A stretch of DNA of 40,754 nucleotides from Candidatus Dadabacteria bacterium UBA2774 (GTDB lineage Bacteria; Desulfobacterota_D; UBA1144; Nemesobacterales; UBA2774): the NCBI GenBank assembly GCA_002352485.1, contig DEIM01000225.1, positions 12,450-53,203 of the forward strand. The letters run 5' to 3'. Position numbers and translations under genes: made by a program. Shown here one piece after another: positions 19,867 through 28,678 of the stretch. The notes under the pieces are model-generated. The model was not told the origin of the DNA. It saw only the letters and a program-made list of their open reading frames with translations, and did no database searches. Every line of letters begins with the position of its first letter. The stretch's first letter is position 1.

Positions 19867-21126
19867 ATGTCTATTGATATTAAAGTTCCCGAGCTTGGAG
19901 AATCCATAGTTGAAGCGACGGTAATCAGATGGTTCAAGTCCGTAGGAGACCCTGTTAAAGTAGGGGAAGCTCTTGTTGAGCTTGAAACTGAGAAGGCCAA
20001 CTTTGAAGTCGCTGCCGAAAAACCAGGCGTGCTGACAAGTATCGTTAAGGGGGATGATGAGGACGTTGAAGTTGGAGACCTGATCGGGGTAATGGAAGAA
20101 GGCACAGTAGGGACAAGTGATGCGGAAACAAAGGAAGAGCCTCATGAAGCTGAAGAAGTAAAAATAGAGGTGAACGAAGATATTACTGAAAGCGAGAAAG
20201 TAACCCCTGTTGCAAGACGAATAGCAGAGGAGCACGGAGTCGATATAAACCTGGTAGCGGGAACCGGGCACGGAAACCGAGTAACCAAAGAAGACGTCGA
20301 GAGCTTTATAGCAAGTAAAGGTGCAGCACAACCCCGGGTAGAAGAAGTATCTAATGTCGAGCCCATACGTAAAGAGGTAGCGCCGCTTCCGGCAGAGCAA
20401 GCTCCTCAGATCACTTTCGGCAGAGACGTAAGGGAAGAGCGTATCAAGATGTCCCGCAGGCGTAGAACCATTGCACGCCGCATGCTCGAAGCAAAGCAGA
20501 CGACAGCTATGCTGACGACGTTTAACGAGATAGACATGGGCGCTGTCATGGAACTCAGGAAACGCAGAAAAGAAATATTTAAGGAAAAGTACGGTGTCGG
20601 ACTCGGGCTAAATTCATTCTTTGTTAAAGCCGCTATCGGCGCACTGAAAGAGTTCCCTCAGATAAACGCCGAAATAGACGGCGACGACATGATTATTAAG
20701 CACTATTATGATATCGGGATTGCAATCGGGGCCTCTGAAGGACTCGTTGTACCTGTGCTTAAGAACGCTGACAGTATGACGTTTGCGGCTATTGAAAAGG
20801 GCATTAAAGAGTACGCTCAAAAATCTGAAGACAACACGCTGTCGCTTGAGGACATAATGGGCGGCACGTTTACCCTCACTAACGGAGGCGTATTCGGCTC
20901 CCTCATGAGTACGCCAATATTAAACCCGCCGCAGGTGGGGATATTGGGACTCCATAAGATAGAGCCAAGACCCGTAGTAATAAACGGCGAGCTTGAGGTA
21001 AGGTCGATGATGTATGTCGCTCTGAGCTACGACCACAGAATAGTGGATGGACGTGAGGCAGTTCAGTTCCTTGTGAGGCTAAAGGAGCTTATCGAGGACC
21101 CTGAATCACTTCTTCTCGAAGGATAA
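19867..21126 (+). CDS. sucB: Dihydrolipoyllysine-residue succinyltransferase E2
   Basis: Lipoyl domain ELETEKA, E3-binding TPVARR...GRVTKEDV-like segment, AMLTTFNE, YDHRIVDG. Confidence 0.96.
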   Translation: MSIDIKVPELGESIVEATVIRWFKSVGDPVKVGEALVELETEKANFEVAAEKPGVLTSIVKGDDEDVEVGDLIGVMEEGTVGTSDAETKEEPHEAEEVKIEVNEDITESEKVTPVARRIAEEHGVDINLVAGTGHGNRVTKEDVESFIASKGAAQPRVEEVSNVEPIRKEVAPLPAEQAPQITFGRDVREERIKMSRRRRTIARRMLEAKQTTAMLTTFNEIDMGAVMELRKRRKEIFKEKYGVGLGLNSFFVKAAIGALKEFPQINAEIDGDDMIIKHYYDIGIAIGASEGLVVPVLKNADSMTFAAIEKGIKEYAQKSEDNTLSLEDIMGGTFTLTNGGVFGSLMSTPILNPPQVGILGLHKIEPRPVVINGELEVRSMMYVALSYDHRIVDGREAVQFLVRLKELIEDPESLLLEG

Positions 21127-21145
21127 AAAGCACTCGGATACGGCT

Positions 21146-21862
21146 CTAGTTTTTAAAACCTACTCTGTTTTCTTCCCAGTAGGGGCCTGCATATTTCTCT
21201 ACCCCTAAACCCAGGAGATCCAGGAGCCAAATCTTTATATCACCTGCGAAAACTGTGTAGATCCCCCCAGATATCAAACGGCGGGGCGAAGTTTTTATCA
21301 CTCTATCAATAAGCTGTAACTTCCCTACGCTCCTTAATATTTTGCATAGATAGGCAGATTCGAGAATGCGCATATCGGGATAGCCCCCTACCCTGTTAAA
21401 TACCTCGGCGCGTACGAATACGCCTTGGTCTCCGTAGTAGCGCTGCCTTATTCTGTAGCGAAATCGGTTTACTAGTTCGACCACACGGAGTCCTAATTCA
21501 GAGCCGCTAAAAGAAAACTCAAAAGCCCCGCCTACTGTGGCCGAATCGTTAAGAGATTTTTCAATTAAGAGATCGTATGCGGGAGGAAGAATCGTGTCTG
21601 CGTCCAGAAATAAATATACATCCCCGGTTGCATGGGAAGCGCCCTTGTTTAGTATACGAGCCTTTCCCGGAATATTATCTTCACATTTGAAGAGCTTTGC
21701 GCCTAAACTCTTTGCAACCTCGGGCGTCCCGTCCCGGGAACCGGAATCCACAACGATGAGCTCATGAGTATGCCCAGAGAATGCGTTTTCCCTTGCTGCG
21801 AGAATCGTATCGGGCAAGTAATCGGCTTCGTTAAGCGCCGGAATTATTATGCTCAGTTTCAT
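21146..21862 (-). CDS. GT2 glycosyltransferase, TIGR04283-like
   Basis: SIIIPALNEA, VVDSGSRDGT, LFLDADT, YGDQGVFVR, TSPRR. Confidence 0.85.
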   Translation of the reverse strand: MKLSIIIPALNEADYLPDTILAARENAFSGHTHELIVVDSGSRDGTPEVAKSLGAKLFKCEDNIPGKARILNKGASHATGDVYLFLDADTILPPAYDLLIEKSLNDSATVGGAFEFSFSGSELGLRVVELVNRFRYRIRQRYYGDQGVFVRAEVFNRVGGYPDMRILESAYLCKILRSVGKLQLIDRVIKTSPRRLISGGIYTVFAGDIKIWLLDLLGLGVEKYAGPYWEENRVGFKN

Positions 21863-21978
21863 GAAACTATATGGAATTATTCCTGTTGACTTAAGTATAG
21901 ATAAGTATTAGATGAGAAAGTAGTGATTTATGTTCACATAACAGAAAGTTCTCAGGATAAAGGTTAAAAAGCTGAAGG

Positions 21979-24507
21979 TCAGGAGATGGCTGCAAGCTCT
22001 ACCACAGAGCTGAATTTTCTAAGCACCTCGTCCAGTAAACCGGGATAATCCAAGAGATCGGGGTCGGCCCTGACAAGCTCAAAGGCATCTTCTCTGGCCT
22101 CGCCTAATATTCTTATATCTCTTATCAGGTTTGCAAACATAAACTGCGGGAGACCGGACTGTTTTGTGCCGAGAAAGTCCCCTGGGCCGCGTATCAATAA
22201 ATCGGCTTCGGCAATCTTAAAGCCGTCCCCTGTCTCTTCCATGATACTGAGCCTCTTCTCAGCGTCCTCCGAGCGCTTGAAACCTGAAAGCAGTATGCAG
22301 ATTGAATCGTGCTCTCCCCTTCCGATCCTACCCCTTAGCTGATGGAGCTGGGTAAGCCCGAAGCGCTCTGCATTCTCAACTACAATTACTGAGGCGTTGG
22401 AAACGTCCACACCGACCTCTATAACAGTAGTGGATACAAGTATTTGGATATGGTTTGATATAAATCTCTTCATTACAGCTTCTTTTTCCTCAGTCTTCAT
22501 CCTGCCGTGAAGAAGCCCTACTTTATACTCAGGAAATACGTCGTTACTAAGCTCCTCAGCCATTTGAGTTGCGTACTTGAGATCTTTAAAGTCAGGGTTC
22601 TCGGATTCCTCGATCATGGGGTATACGACATAGGCCTGCCTTCCTTTCCGAATCTCCTTCCTTACGGTCTCATACGCTTTTTCACGCGAGCTCTTGTGGT
22701 CATAATAAAGTTTGGTCTTTATTTCCTTTCGGCCCGGAGGGAGCTCATCAAGGACAGACACATCGAGATCGCCGTAAACCGTAAGCGCCAGTGTACGGGG
22801 GATTGGGGTTGCCGTCATGACGAGCACATCAGGATTAGCGCCTTTACCCATAAGCTCGGCCCTCTGCATCACGCCGAAGCGGTGCTGCTCGTCTATAACT
22901 ACGAGCCCAAGGTTCTTAAAGTCCACTTTTTCCTGAAGGAGCGCATGAGTGCCGACTGCTATCTGCGCTTCGCCCGACTGGAGCGCTTTGTAGTAGGTGT
23001 TTTTCTCACTCTTTCCGAGGCCGCTCTTTAGAAACACGACACGCATGCCCATAGCTTTTACATAACTTAAAACAGAGGCCAGGTGCTGCTCTGCAAGGAT
23101 CTCCGTAGGAGCCATAAACACGGCCTGGTAGCCGCATTCTACGGCTTTTAGTATTGAAAGTACGGCAACGATTGTCTTTCCGCTTCCGACGTCTCCCTGA
23201 AGAAGCCTGTTCATCGGTCTATCGGAACGCATGTCGTTTTCGATCTCTGTAACAGCTCTTTTCTGAGCCGCAGTGAGATCAAAAGTAAGGCGGGAAAGGA
23301 GTTTTGATGTAAGCTCTCCTGTGGGTGAAAAAGCTATTCCGGCAAGCCTTGCTACATCGCGCTTTTTGAGCGCAAGGCCAAGCTCCGTTAAAAAGAACTC
23401 AGAGTATGCGAGCGTCTTATGGGATAGAGAGTGATAAACAGAGTCCGTATCCGCTAAGTCCACCACGCGGTCGTCCTGCGCCGGAAAATGGACTCTTTGT
23501 AGAGCGCTACTAAAACCGAGAAGCCCTCTTTTTTTCTTTACGTATTCCGGGAGAAAGGATTCGAGCGCTGGGCTGTATATGTCCACGACGGATTTCATGA
23601 TACTTCTCATCCGTCTTTGCCCTATACCCTCTGTTAAAGGGTAGATGGGCACTATGCGGTTAAAATGGACATTGTCGTGGTCTAAATCCTCTCCGCTATC
23701 TATTACCTCTATGTCCTCGGGCCTCGGGTGAACTACCTGAAGCGCGTCCCTGTAACCGAACGACACCTCGCCAGTGAGTATCACGGAGGCCCCTTTCTTG
23801 TAAGCTGCTCTTAGATATTTCTCACTAAACTTAAACCATACAAGGGTAACCATCGCCGTGCCGTCAGATAGGACTACCTGATACATTCCGCCCCTTCTGG
23901 TGCGCACTCTGCCCGAGACCATTATCTCGCCCATGAACGTCTCGCGCTCACCGGCTATGAGCTTTGACATGCTCTTTACAGTCGTTCTGTCCTCATACTT
24001 TCTGGGGAAATAATAGAGCGCGTTCTCGATATTCTCTATACCCTTTTTCTTTAGAAGCGATGCTATTCTGGGGCCTACTCCCTTTACGTACTGTATGGAG
24101 ATTTCTGATAAATCATCACCCCTTGATACTGCTTTGGAGCTCATTTGTGAAGAGCTCTCTTCTTTATCTTCAGGTTCTTTTTTCCGTGGAGGCTTTGAGG
24201 TTTCTGTCTCCATAGGTACCTCTTGGACCACGCCCTGCATCATTCCCCGCACATCATGGAGAGCTCTTTTAATAAGCTCTTTTTTGTCGGTATCTGAAAG
24301 CTCATCGTAGCCTGAGAATGAGCTTTTAAGCGATTCGAGCACTTTTATACTGTCCTTGGATAGCGGAAGCGAGAGCGCTTTTAAGGTGAGGTCGTCTACA
24401 AGCCCGGACAGCGACTTTACTTTATCAATATTTGAAAAATTATTCTTTGAGATAAATGTAAGCGGTTTCTCGAGTGTCGTTAATATTGCTCTTAGCTCAT
24501 CTGACAT
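21979..24507 (-). CDS. recG: ATP-dependent DNA helicase RecG with N-terminal extension
   Basis: KGVGP, RLLQGDVGSGKT, DEQHRFG, MTATPIPR, QLRGRIGRG, RGPGDFLG. Confidence 0.97.
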   Translation of the reverse strand: MSDELRAILTTLEKPLTFISKNNFSNIDKVKSLSGLVDDLTLKALSLPLSKDSIKVLESLKSSFSGYDELSDTDKKELIKRALHDVRGMMQGVVQEVPMETETSKPPRKKEPEDKEESSSQMSSKAVSRGDDLSEISIQYVKGVGPRIASLLKKKGIENIENALYYFPRKYEDRTTVKSMSKLIAGERETFMGEIMVSGRVRTRRGGMYQVVLSDGTAMVTLVWFKFSEKYLRAAYKKGASVILTGEVSFGYRDALQVVHPRPEDIEVIDSGEDLDHDNVHFNRIVPIYPLTEGIGQRRMRSIMKSVVDIYSPALESFLPEYVKKKRGLLGFSSALQRVHFPAQDDRVVDLADTDSVYHSLSHKTLAYSEFFLTELGLALKKRDVARLAGIAFSPTGELTSKLLSRLTFDLTAAQKRAVTEIENDMRSDRPMNRLLQGDVGSGKTIVAVLSILKAVECGYQAVFMAPTEILAEQHLASVLSYVKAMGMRVVFLKSGLGKSEKNTYYKALQSGEAQIAVGTHALLQEKVDFKNLGLVVIDEQHRFGVMQRAELMGKGANPDVLVMTATPIPRTLALTVYGDLDVSVLDELPPGRKEIKTKLYYDHKSSREKAYETVRKEIRKGRQAYVVYPMIEESENPDFKDLKYATQMAEELSNDVFPEYKVGLLHGRMKTEEKEAVMKRFISNHIQILVSTTVIEVGVDVSNASVIVVENAERFGLTQLHQLRGRIGRGEHDSICILLSGFKRSEDAEKRLSIMEETGDGFKIAEADLLIRGPGDFLGTKQSGLPQFMFANLIRDIRILGEAREDAFELVRADPDLLDYPGLLDEVLRKFSSVVELAAIS

Positions 24508-24597
24508 TGATAAGATTTTACAGTGACTTATGAAACTATTTCAAGTCTTGAAGCAGAGAAGTCCTTTTCTATTGCTATAAAAAGATACACGAACGGC

Positions 24598-24613
24598 TGT
24601 GTAATATTGCACA
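24598..24613. promoter_or_regulatory. Putative enhancer (bEBP UAS), TGT-N10-ACA palindrome
   Basis: tgtgtaatattgcaca, near-perfect inverted repeat starting 101 bp before the sigma-54 box. Confidence 0.6.
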
Positions 24614-24698
24614 ATTCTACCAATCTGAAAGCCTCTTTGAGTAAACGCTGATGATCTAAGGTGCTGTGATTACAGCAAATATAGAAATTTCATATAAA

Positions 24699-24714
24699 TG
24701 GCATATATATTGCA
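24699..24714 (+). promoter_or_regulatory. Sigma-54 (-24/-12) promoter of the sigma-70 gene
   Basis: TGGCATATATATTGCA fits TGGCAC-N5-TTGCW with exact GG-N10-GC spacing. Confidence 0.7.
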
Positions 24715-24827
24715 AATTTAAGGTAACAAACCGAATAAGAAAGGATGGCGGAGGACACTTGCAGAATAATAATTATCCGCTCAGGATTTATTCACACCAA
24801 TATTACAACTTATAAAGGAGAGAGATA

Positions 24828-25970
24828 ATGAAATATCAAGAAGCTCAGGCAGTTGATAACGATACCCCTTCCTTTAGTGATACCTATGATAAAACTACGG
24901 ACAATGCAGGAATACACAGAGAACAGTTCTTCGATGTCCAAAATAGTGAAAGTGCTTCCGTAAAAGAAAACCACTCTGTGGTCCGTCCAAAAGAGAATAA
25001 ATCTCATACGGACGACCAGTTCAGAATTATGAACGATTACTTTAGTGATATAGCGAACGAACCCTTACTCACCTTAAGAGAAGAGATAGAGCTTCCGACA
25101 AAGATAAAAAAGTGTGAATCTAAAGCAAAAGAAATAGAGTCGTGGCTCGAATCACCGGACCAGAGCAAAAAAACTGAGAAGGGCTGTCAATGCGTCATAA
25201 AAAACACTCGGAGGCTACAGGCGTCCCTTAGAGCATACAGTGAAAGATCCAAACAGCTTAAGAAGAGATTTGCTAATGCTAACCTGAGGTTGGTCATAAG
25301 TATAGCAAAGCGCTACGTAAACCACGGCCTTCCTTTTCTAGACCTCATACAGGAAGGAAATATAGGGCTTATGAGGGCTATAGACCGCTTCGACCATACA
25401 AGAGGGTACAGATTCTCGACCTATGCCTCCTGGTGGATTTACCAGTCTATTACAAGAGCGATACTGGTACACAGAGGGGCAGTTAGGGTCCCGGTATACC
25501 TGCTTGAGGTAACGAACAGAGTCTACAGAACGAGATCAATCCTACTTAAAGAAACCGGCAGGAGCCCTTCTTCTGAGGAGATAGCAGAGCAATCCGGGGT
25601 ACCTATAAAGTATGTTAAGCGAATTCTGAAGATTACAAATGAATCCGTGAGCCTGGATACACCTGTTGACGGTGAAAAGAGGACTCTCTATGATTTCATA
25701 GAGAACAGTGACTCAATTTCTCCCGACTACATCATCGTTGAGGACGAGCTTAAAAAAAGCATACGTCACTCGCTGTCGCTATTGAGCCCGAAAGAGGAAG
25801 AGGTACTCAGAATGCGTTTTGGCATAGACAGGAAAGATACCGTAACGCTCGATGACATAGGCAAAAAATTTCAACTAACGCGAGAAAGAATCAGGCAGAT
25901 TGAGAAAAAGGCTCTAAGAAAATTATCTGTTTGTAAGATGAAGGAAGCTCTGAAAAACTTCCGGACATAG
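24828..25970 (+). CDS. RNA polymerase sigma-70 factor, RpoD/RpoS-like paralog without region 1.1
   Basis: ANLRLVISIAKRY, DLIQEGNIGLM, YRFSTYASWW, LTRERIRQIE; AAGGAG RBS. Confidence 0.92.
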   Translation: MKYQEAQAVDNDTPSFSDTYDKTTDNAGIHREQFFDVQNSESASVKENHSVVRPKENKSHTDDQFRIMNDYFSDIANEPLLTLREEIELPTKIKKCESKAKEIESWLESPDQSKKTEKGCQCVIKNTRRLQASLRAYSERSKQLKKRFANANLRLVISIAKRYVNHGLPFLDLIQEGNIGLMRAIDRFDHTRGYRFSTYASWWIYQSITRAILVHRGAVRVPVYLLEVTNRVYRTRSILLKETGRSPSSEEIAEQSGVPIKYVKRILKITNESVSLDTPVDGEKRTLYDFIENSDSISPDYIIVEDELKKSIRHSLSLLSPKEEEVLRMRFGIDRKDTVTLDDIGKKFQLTRERIRQIEKKALRKLSVCKMKEALKNFRT

Positions 25971-26045
25971 TGTGAATTGATATGGAATCCGAACGTTTTT
26001 GTAACTTTGATTAATTAGTACTGTTTTAAATAACACTAATTTACT

Positions 26046-26061
26046 TGTGTGATTTGACACA
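26046..26061. promoter_or_regulatory. Putative enhancer (bEBP UAS), TGT-N10-ACA palindrome
   Basis: tgtgtgatttgacaca starting 100 bp before the second sigma-54 box; similar to the 24598 site. Confidence 0.6.
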
Positions 26062-26103
26062 TTTGAGTAAGTCTTATATAATGTTTCTACATATTGCCTA
26101 CAC

Positions 26104-26116
26104 TAAGCAATTGATA
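26104..26116 (-). promoter_or_regulatory. Putative IHF binding site
   Basis: Minus strand TATCAATTGCTTA matches WATCAANNNNTTR; lies between UAS and sigma-54 box. Confidence 0.55.
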
Positions 26117-26145
26117 TTATTACATATTGCAAATAAACAGTGTCT

Positions 26146-26161
26146 TGGTACGGAAATTGCT
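26146..26161 (+). promoter_or_regulatory. Sigma-54 (-24/-12) promoter of the small acidic protein gene
   Basis: TGGTACGGAAATTGCT fits TGGYACG-N4-TTGCW. Confidence 0.75.
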
Positions 26162-26216
26162 CTAATTAAAATGCCGGCCATAGGTGGCAGGCAAATCAAT
26201 CCAGGAGGGTTACATT

Positions 26217-26444
26217 ATGAGATTACTAACCTATTTGTTCGCGCTCATGCTGGTAATGGGTGTATCATTCGGCGGGGCTTCAATAATCACGAGCCAGCCG
26301 GTTATGGCTGAAGAAGGCGAAACTGCTGGCGGCGAGATGACAGATGAGGCCGCAGGCGATGACGAAGGTGCAGAAGCAGCTACAGAAGAAACCGCTGAAG
26401 GCGAAATAGAAGGCGGCGAAATGGCTGACGACGCCGAGAAATAA
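26217..26444 (+). CDS. Small, extremely acidic secreted protein
   Basis: AGGAGG RBS; signal peptide ending VMA|E; mature part almost only E/D/A/G/T; followed by a hairpin. Confidence 0.8.
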   Translation: MRLLTYLFALMLVMGVSFGGASIITSQPVMAEEGETAGGEMTDEAAGDDEGAEAATEETAEGEIEGGEMADDAEK

Positions 26445-26469
26445 GGTTTTGAGTTTTTGAATATAATCG

Positions 26470-26492
26470 GGGGGAGTACCATACTCCCCCTT
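26470..26492 (+). terminator. Probable intrinsic terminator hairpin
   Basis: gggggagta-cca-tactccccc 9-bp stem with a short T tail. Confidence 0.65.
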
Positions 26493-26545
26493 GATTCCTT
26501 CCTCCCTATCTATAAAACAACAACAAGCTGTGATACCCTTTAAGT

Positions 26546-26758
26546 ATGTCTTTACTTACAACTATATTGATCGTATCGAATTTTTATCTTGCGCAACCGG
26601 GATCTGAGTTTATACAGATTCAAAACGATTCGAAGCTATATTGCGACAGGGCGTATGAGATCTGCCTGACCGAGATTTGCACGAGTCCCGATCCTGTGGA
26701 AAAAAAGAAGTGTATGGACCGGTGCTACCGGGATTTAAAGGAATGTGAAAAGAGCTAG
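26546..26758 (+). CDS. Small Cys-rich (6 Cys) hypothetical protein
   Basis: C-x6-C-x4-C...C-x3-C-x6-C pattern; its duplicated 3' end differs mainly at synonymous sites, which supports coding status. Confidence 0.7.
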   Translation: MSLLTTILIVSNFYLAQPGSEFIQIQNDSKLYCDRAYEICLTEICTSPDPVEKKKCMDRCYRDLKECEKS

Positions 26759-26940
26759 GATAGATTCAGGGATTTTCGCTCAGCCAACTGTTTCCAAATA
26801 AGTATCCAAAACAAACCCTATTTATATAAGAGGATAGTATAATTTAACCCTGTGCCTATTTTATTACAGCAATATTTGCATGATTATCACAATCTCTGTT
26901 AGTATAAGATACTTAGTGCTTAATGGCGGAGGCGGTGAGC

Positions 26941-28632
26941 ATGAAAAAGTTAATAATTCTATCTGTGTCAGTAATTATAATCGCTCTTGGCACATACGGC
27001 GGGTGCGACAGCGGTTCGGGCAGTGCTATAATTGGACAGCCTCAGGTATCCAGAACCACGTTTGAGGGCGAGGAATCGAAAATAGCATCCATTACTATTC
27101 CCTTTTTCAGAAGTGTGCTTGAGGGACTAATAGTAAACGCGGGTATTGACTTCAACGGTGACGGTATAATCGCAAGCTATGATGCCGGGGGAGGAGAGCA
27201 GGAAGAGTGGATAATACAAAATAGCCTCCTGCCGATTACTGATACCGAATACACCACTGAATTTGAATTAGTGGATCCGGACATCATGCCCGGAGACATG
27301 ATAGAGGTAATAATTACAGCCGGAGGATCGGATGTCCCGGACCCCTGGGACGGAACGGTGCCTGATGATGCTATGAGCTTTGTAGGTCCTGTAGTTATAG
27401 GAACCGAGGACGTCGAAAACCTGGTTGACCCTGTAGAGGGAGCTGTGGGCTTTGGCTTAATCGCATCAAAGGCAGAGGCTCAGGACAGGAAAAAGATAGG
27501 CACCCCGAAAGATGATATAGGCACAGGGCCCGACAAGGTGGGGGAAATATTTATAAGGAGAGGGCTTCCCGACTCAAATCAGCAGTTTAACCATTGCGTC
27601 GGCAACTCTATAGCGAACTCACTCTCGTGGCTCGGACGAAAATGCGGGTTTGGGGATAAGTTTGTTTTAACAAACCCGGAGAACCCATCTGAGACGCTTC
27701 AACTCGATCTCACAGACAACATCGCTGTCGAATCCCTGGCTGCTGAGCTGATTGAAATTTACAAAACTATACCGGGCGCTACAAAAACAAGATCGGATAA
27801 CCAGTTCGGGGGAGTCGACAACAATTTTATACTTCAGGGTAAAGAGAAGATAACAACCATGTTCGCTCTTCCTATAACGAACCAATTGCTTTCGAGAGCC
27901 AAAGGTGAATTTAAGTTTCAGGACATAAAGAATTTTATGATGCAGGGGTGTGACGTCGAGTTAATATTGGTTATGTTAGACGAAGATACGGACAGCCCTT
28001 CGGGTCTCGGTCACGCAGTAACGCTCGCGGGCTACGTAGATAAAGGGGCCAGCAATAAGAGTTTAATAGTCCATGATCCGGGAACAAAAAATAAATTCAA
28101 TGAATTGCACAAATTAACCGAGTCCGAGGCAGGCGGGCTTACGTTCCCCTATACATTTCTGAAGAAAAGAAGAAAAGCACTTGTAGACCTAATTCTTGTG
28201 GAGTGCTGTACAATCGACTCACCACCCGGTATGCCCCCTCCCCCTACACCGGAACCCACACCTGAGCCTACACCGGCGGCGACCCCTATGCCTACACCCG
28301 AGCCGACCCCAGGGCCATCTCCTGAACCTGTAAAACAGGAAGGATTTTATCAGTCTGTGTCCGGTTCCTGCGGGATTGAGGGCTTTACGCTTGACGTCTC
28401 AAGCGAGAACAATTTACTTCTGATGAACTTTGGTGAAAACGGGGGGAATGTTACATTTGCCAAGACTGAAAACCCCGATGTATTTCAATCAATCAGGGAC
28501 GGAGGGCTTATTATATTGGGAGCGCCCGGACACCAATGTACGATAACATGCGGACAGAACAATACTATTTCGCTTGTTTGTATCGGATCCGGAGGTTCAT
28601 GCACCCACACATTTCAGCTGATGCCTCAGTAG
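26941..28632 (+). CDS. Lipoprotein with a putative papain-like (C39/C1-type) cysteine protease domain and Pro/Thr linker
   Basis: MKK...LGTYGGC signal; QQFNHCVGNSIANSLSWL, GHAVTLAGY, LIVHDP as candidate catalytic motifs; PTPEPTPEP linker. Confidence 0.7.
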   Translation: MKKLIILSVSVIIIALGTYGGCDSGSGSAIIGQPQVSRTTFEGEESKIASITIPFFRSVLEGLIVNAGIDFNGDGIIASYDAGGGEQEEWIIQNSLLPITDTEYTTEFELVDPDIMPGDMIEVIITAGGSDVPDPWDGTVPDDAMSFVGPVVIGTEDVENLVDPVEGAVGFGLIASKAEAQDRKKIGTPKDDIGTGPDKVGEIFIRRGLPDSNQQFNHCVGNSIANSLSWLGRKCGFGDKFVLTNPENPSETLQLDLTDNIAVESLAAELIEIYKTIPGATKTRSDNQFGGVDNNFILQGKEKITTMFALPITNQLLSRAKGEFKFQDIKNFMMQGCDVELILVMLDEDTDSPSGLGHAVTLAGYVDKGASNKSLIVHDPGTKNKFNELHKLTESEAGGLTFPYTFLKKRRKALVDLILVECCTIDSPPGMPPPPTPEPTPEPTPAATPMPTPEPTPGPSPEPVKQEGFYQSVSGSCGIEGFTLDVSSENNLLLMNFGENGGNVTFAKTENPDVFQSIRDGGLIILGAPGHQCTITCGQNNTISLVCIGSGGSCTHTFQLMPQ

Positions 28633-28678
28633 TATATCCTTAGATAGGTTAATTATTATAAACGCGTTTTGGGGAAGA

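Noticed and set aside
19759..20400. Long antisense or alternative-frame ORFs (this one, 22507-23031, 30000-30479, 10137-10604 and others)
   Set aside because: They overlap well-supported genes and have no motifs or RBS; shadow ORFs
26777..26787. 11-bp match (cgctcagccaa) to the terminator arm at 33890-33900
   Set aside because: Short enough to arise by chance in 40 kb, and no partner arm is present here
28219..28330. C-rich repetitive DNA
   Set aside because: Encodes the Pro/Thr/Glu linker of the 569-aa protein
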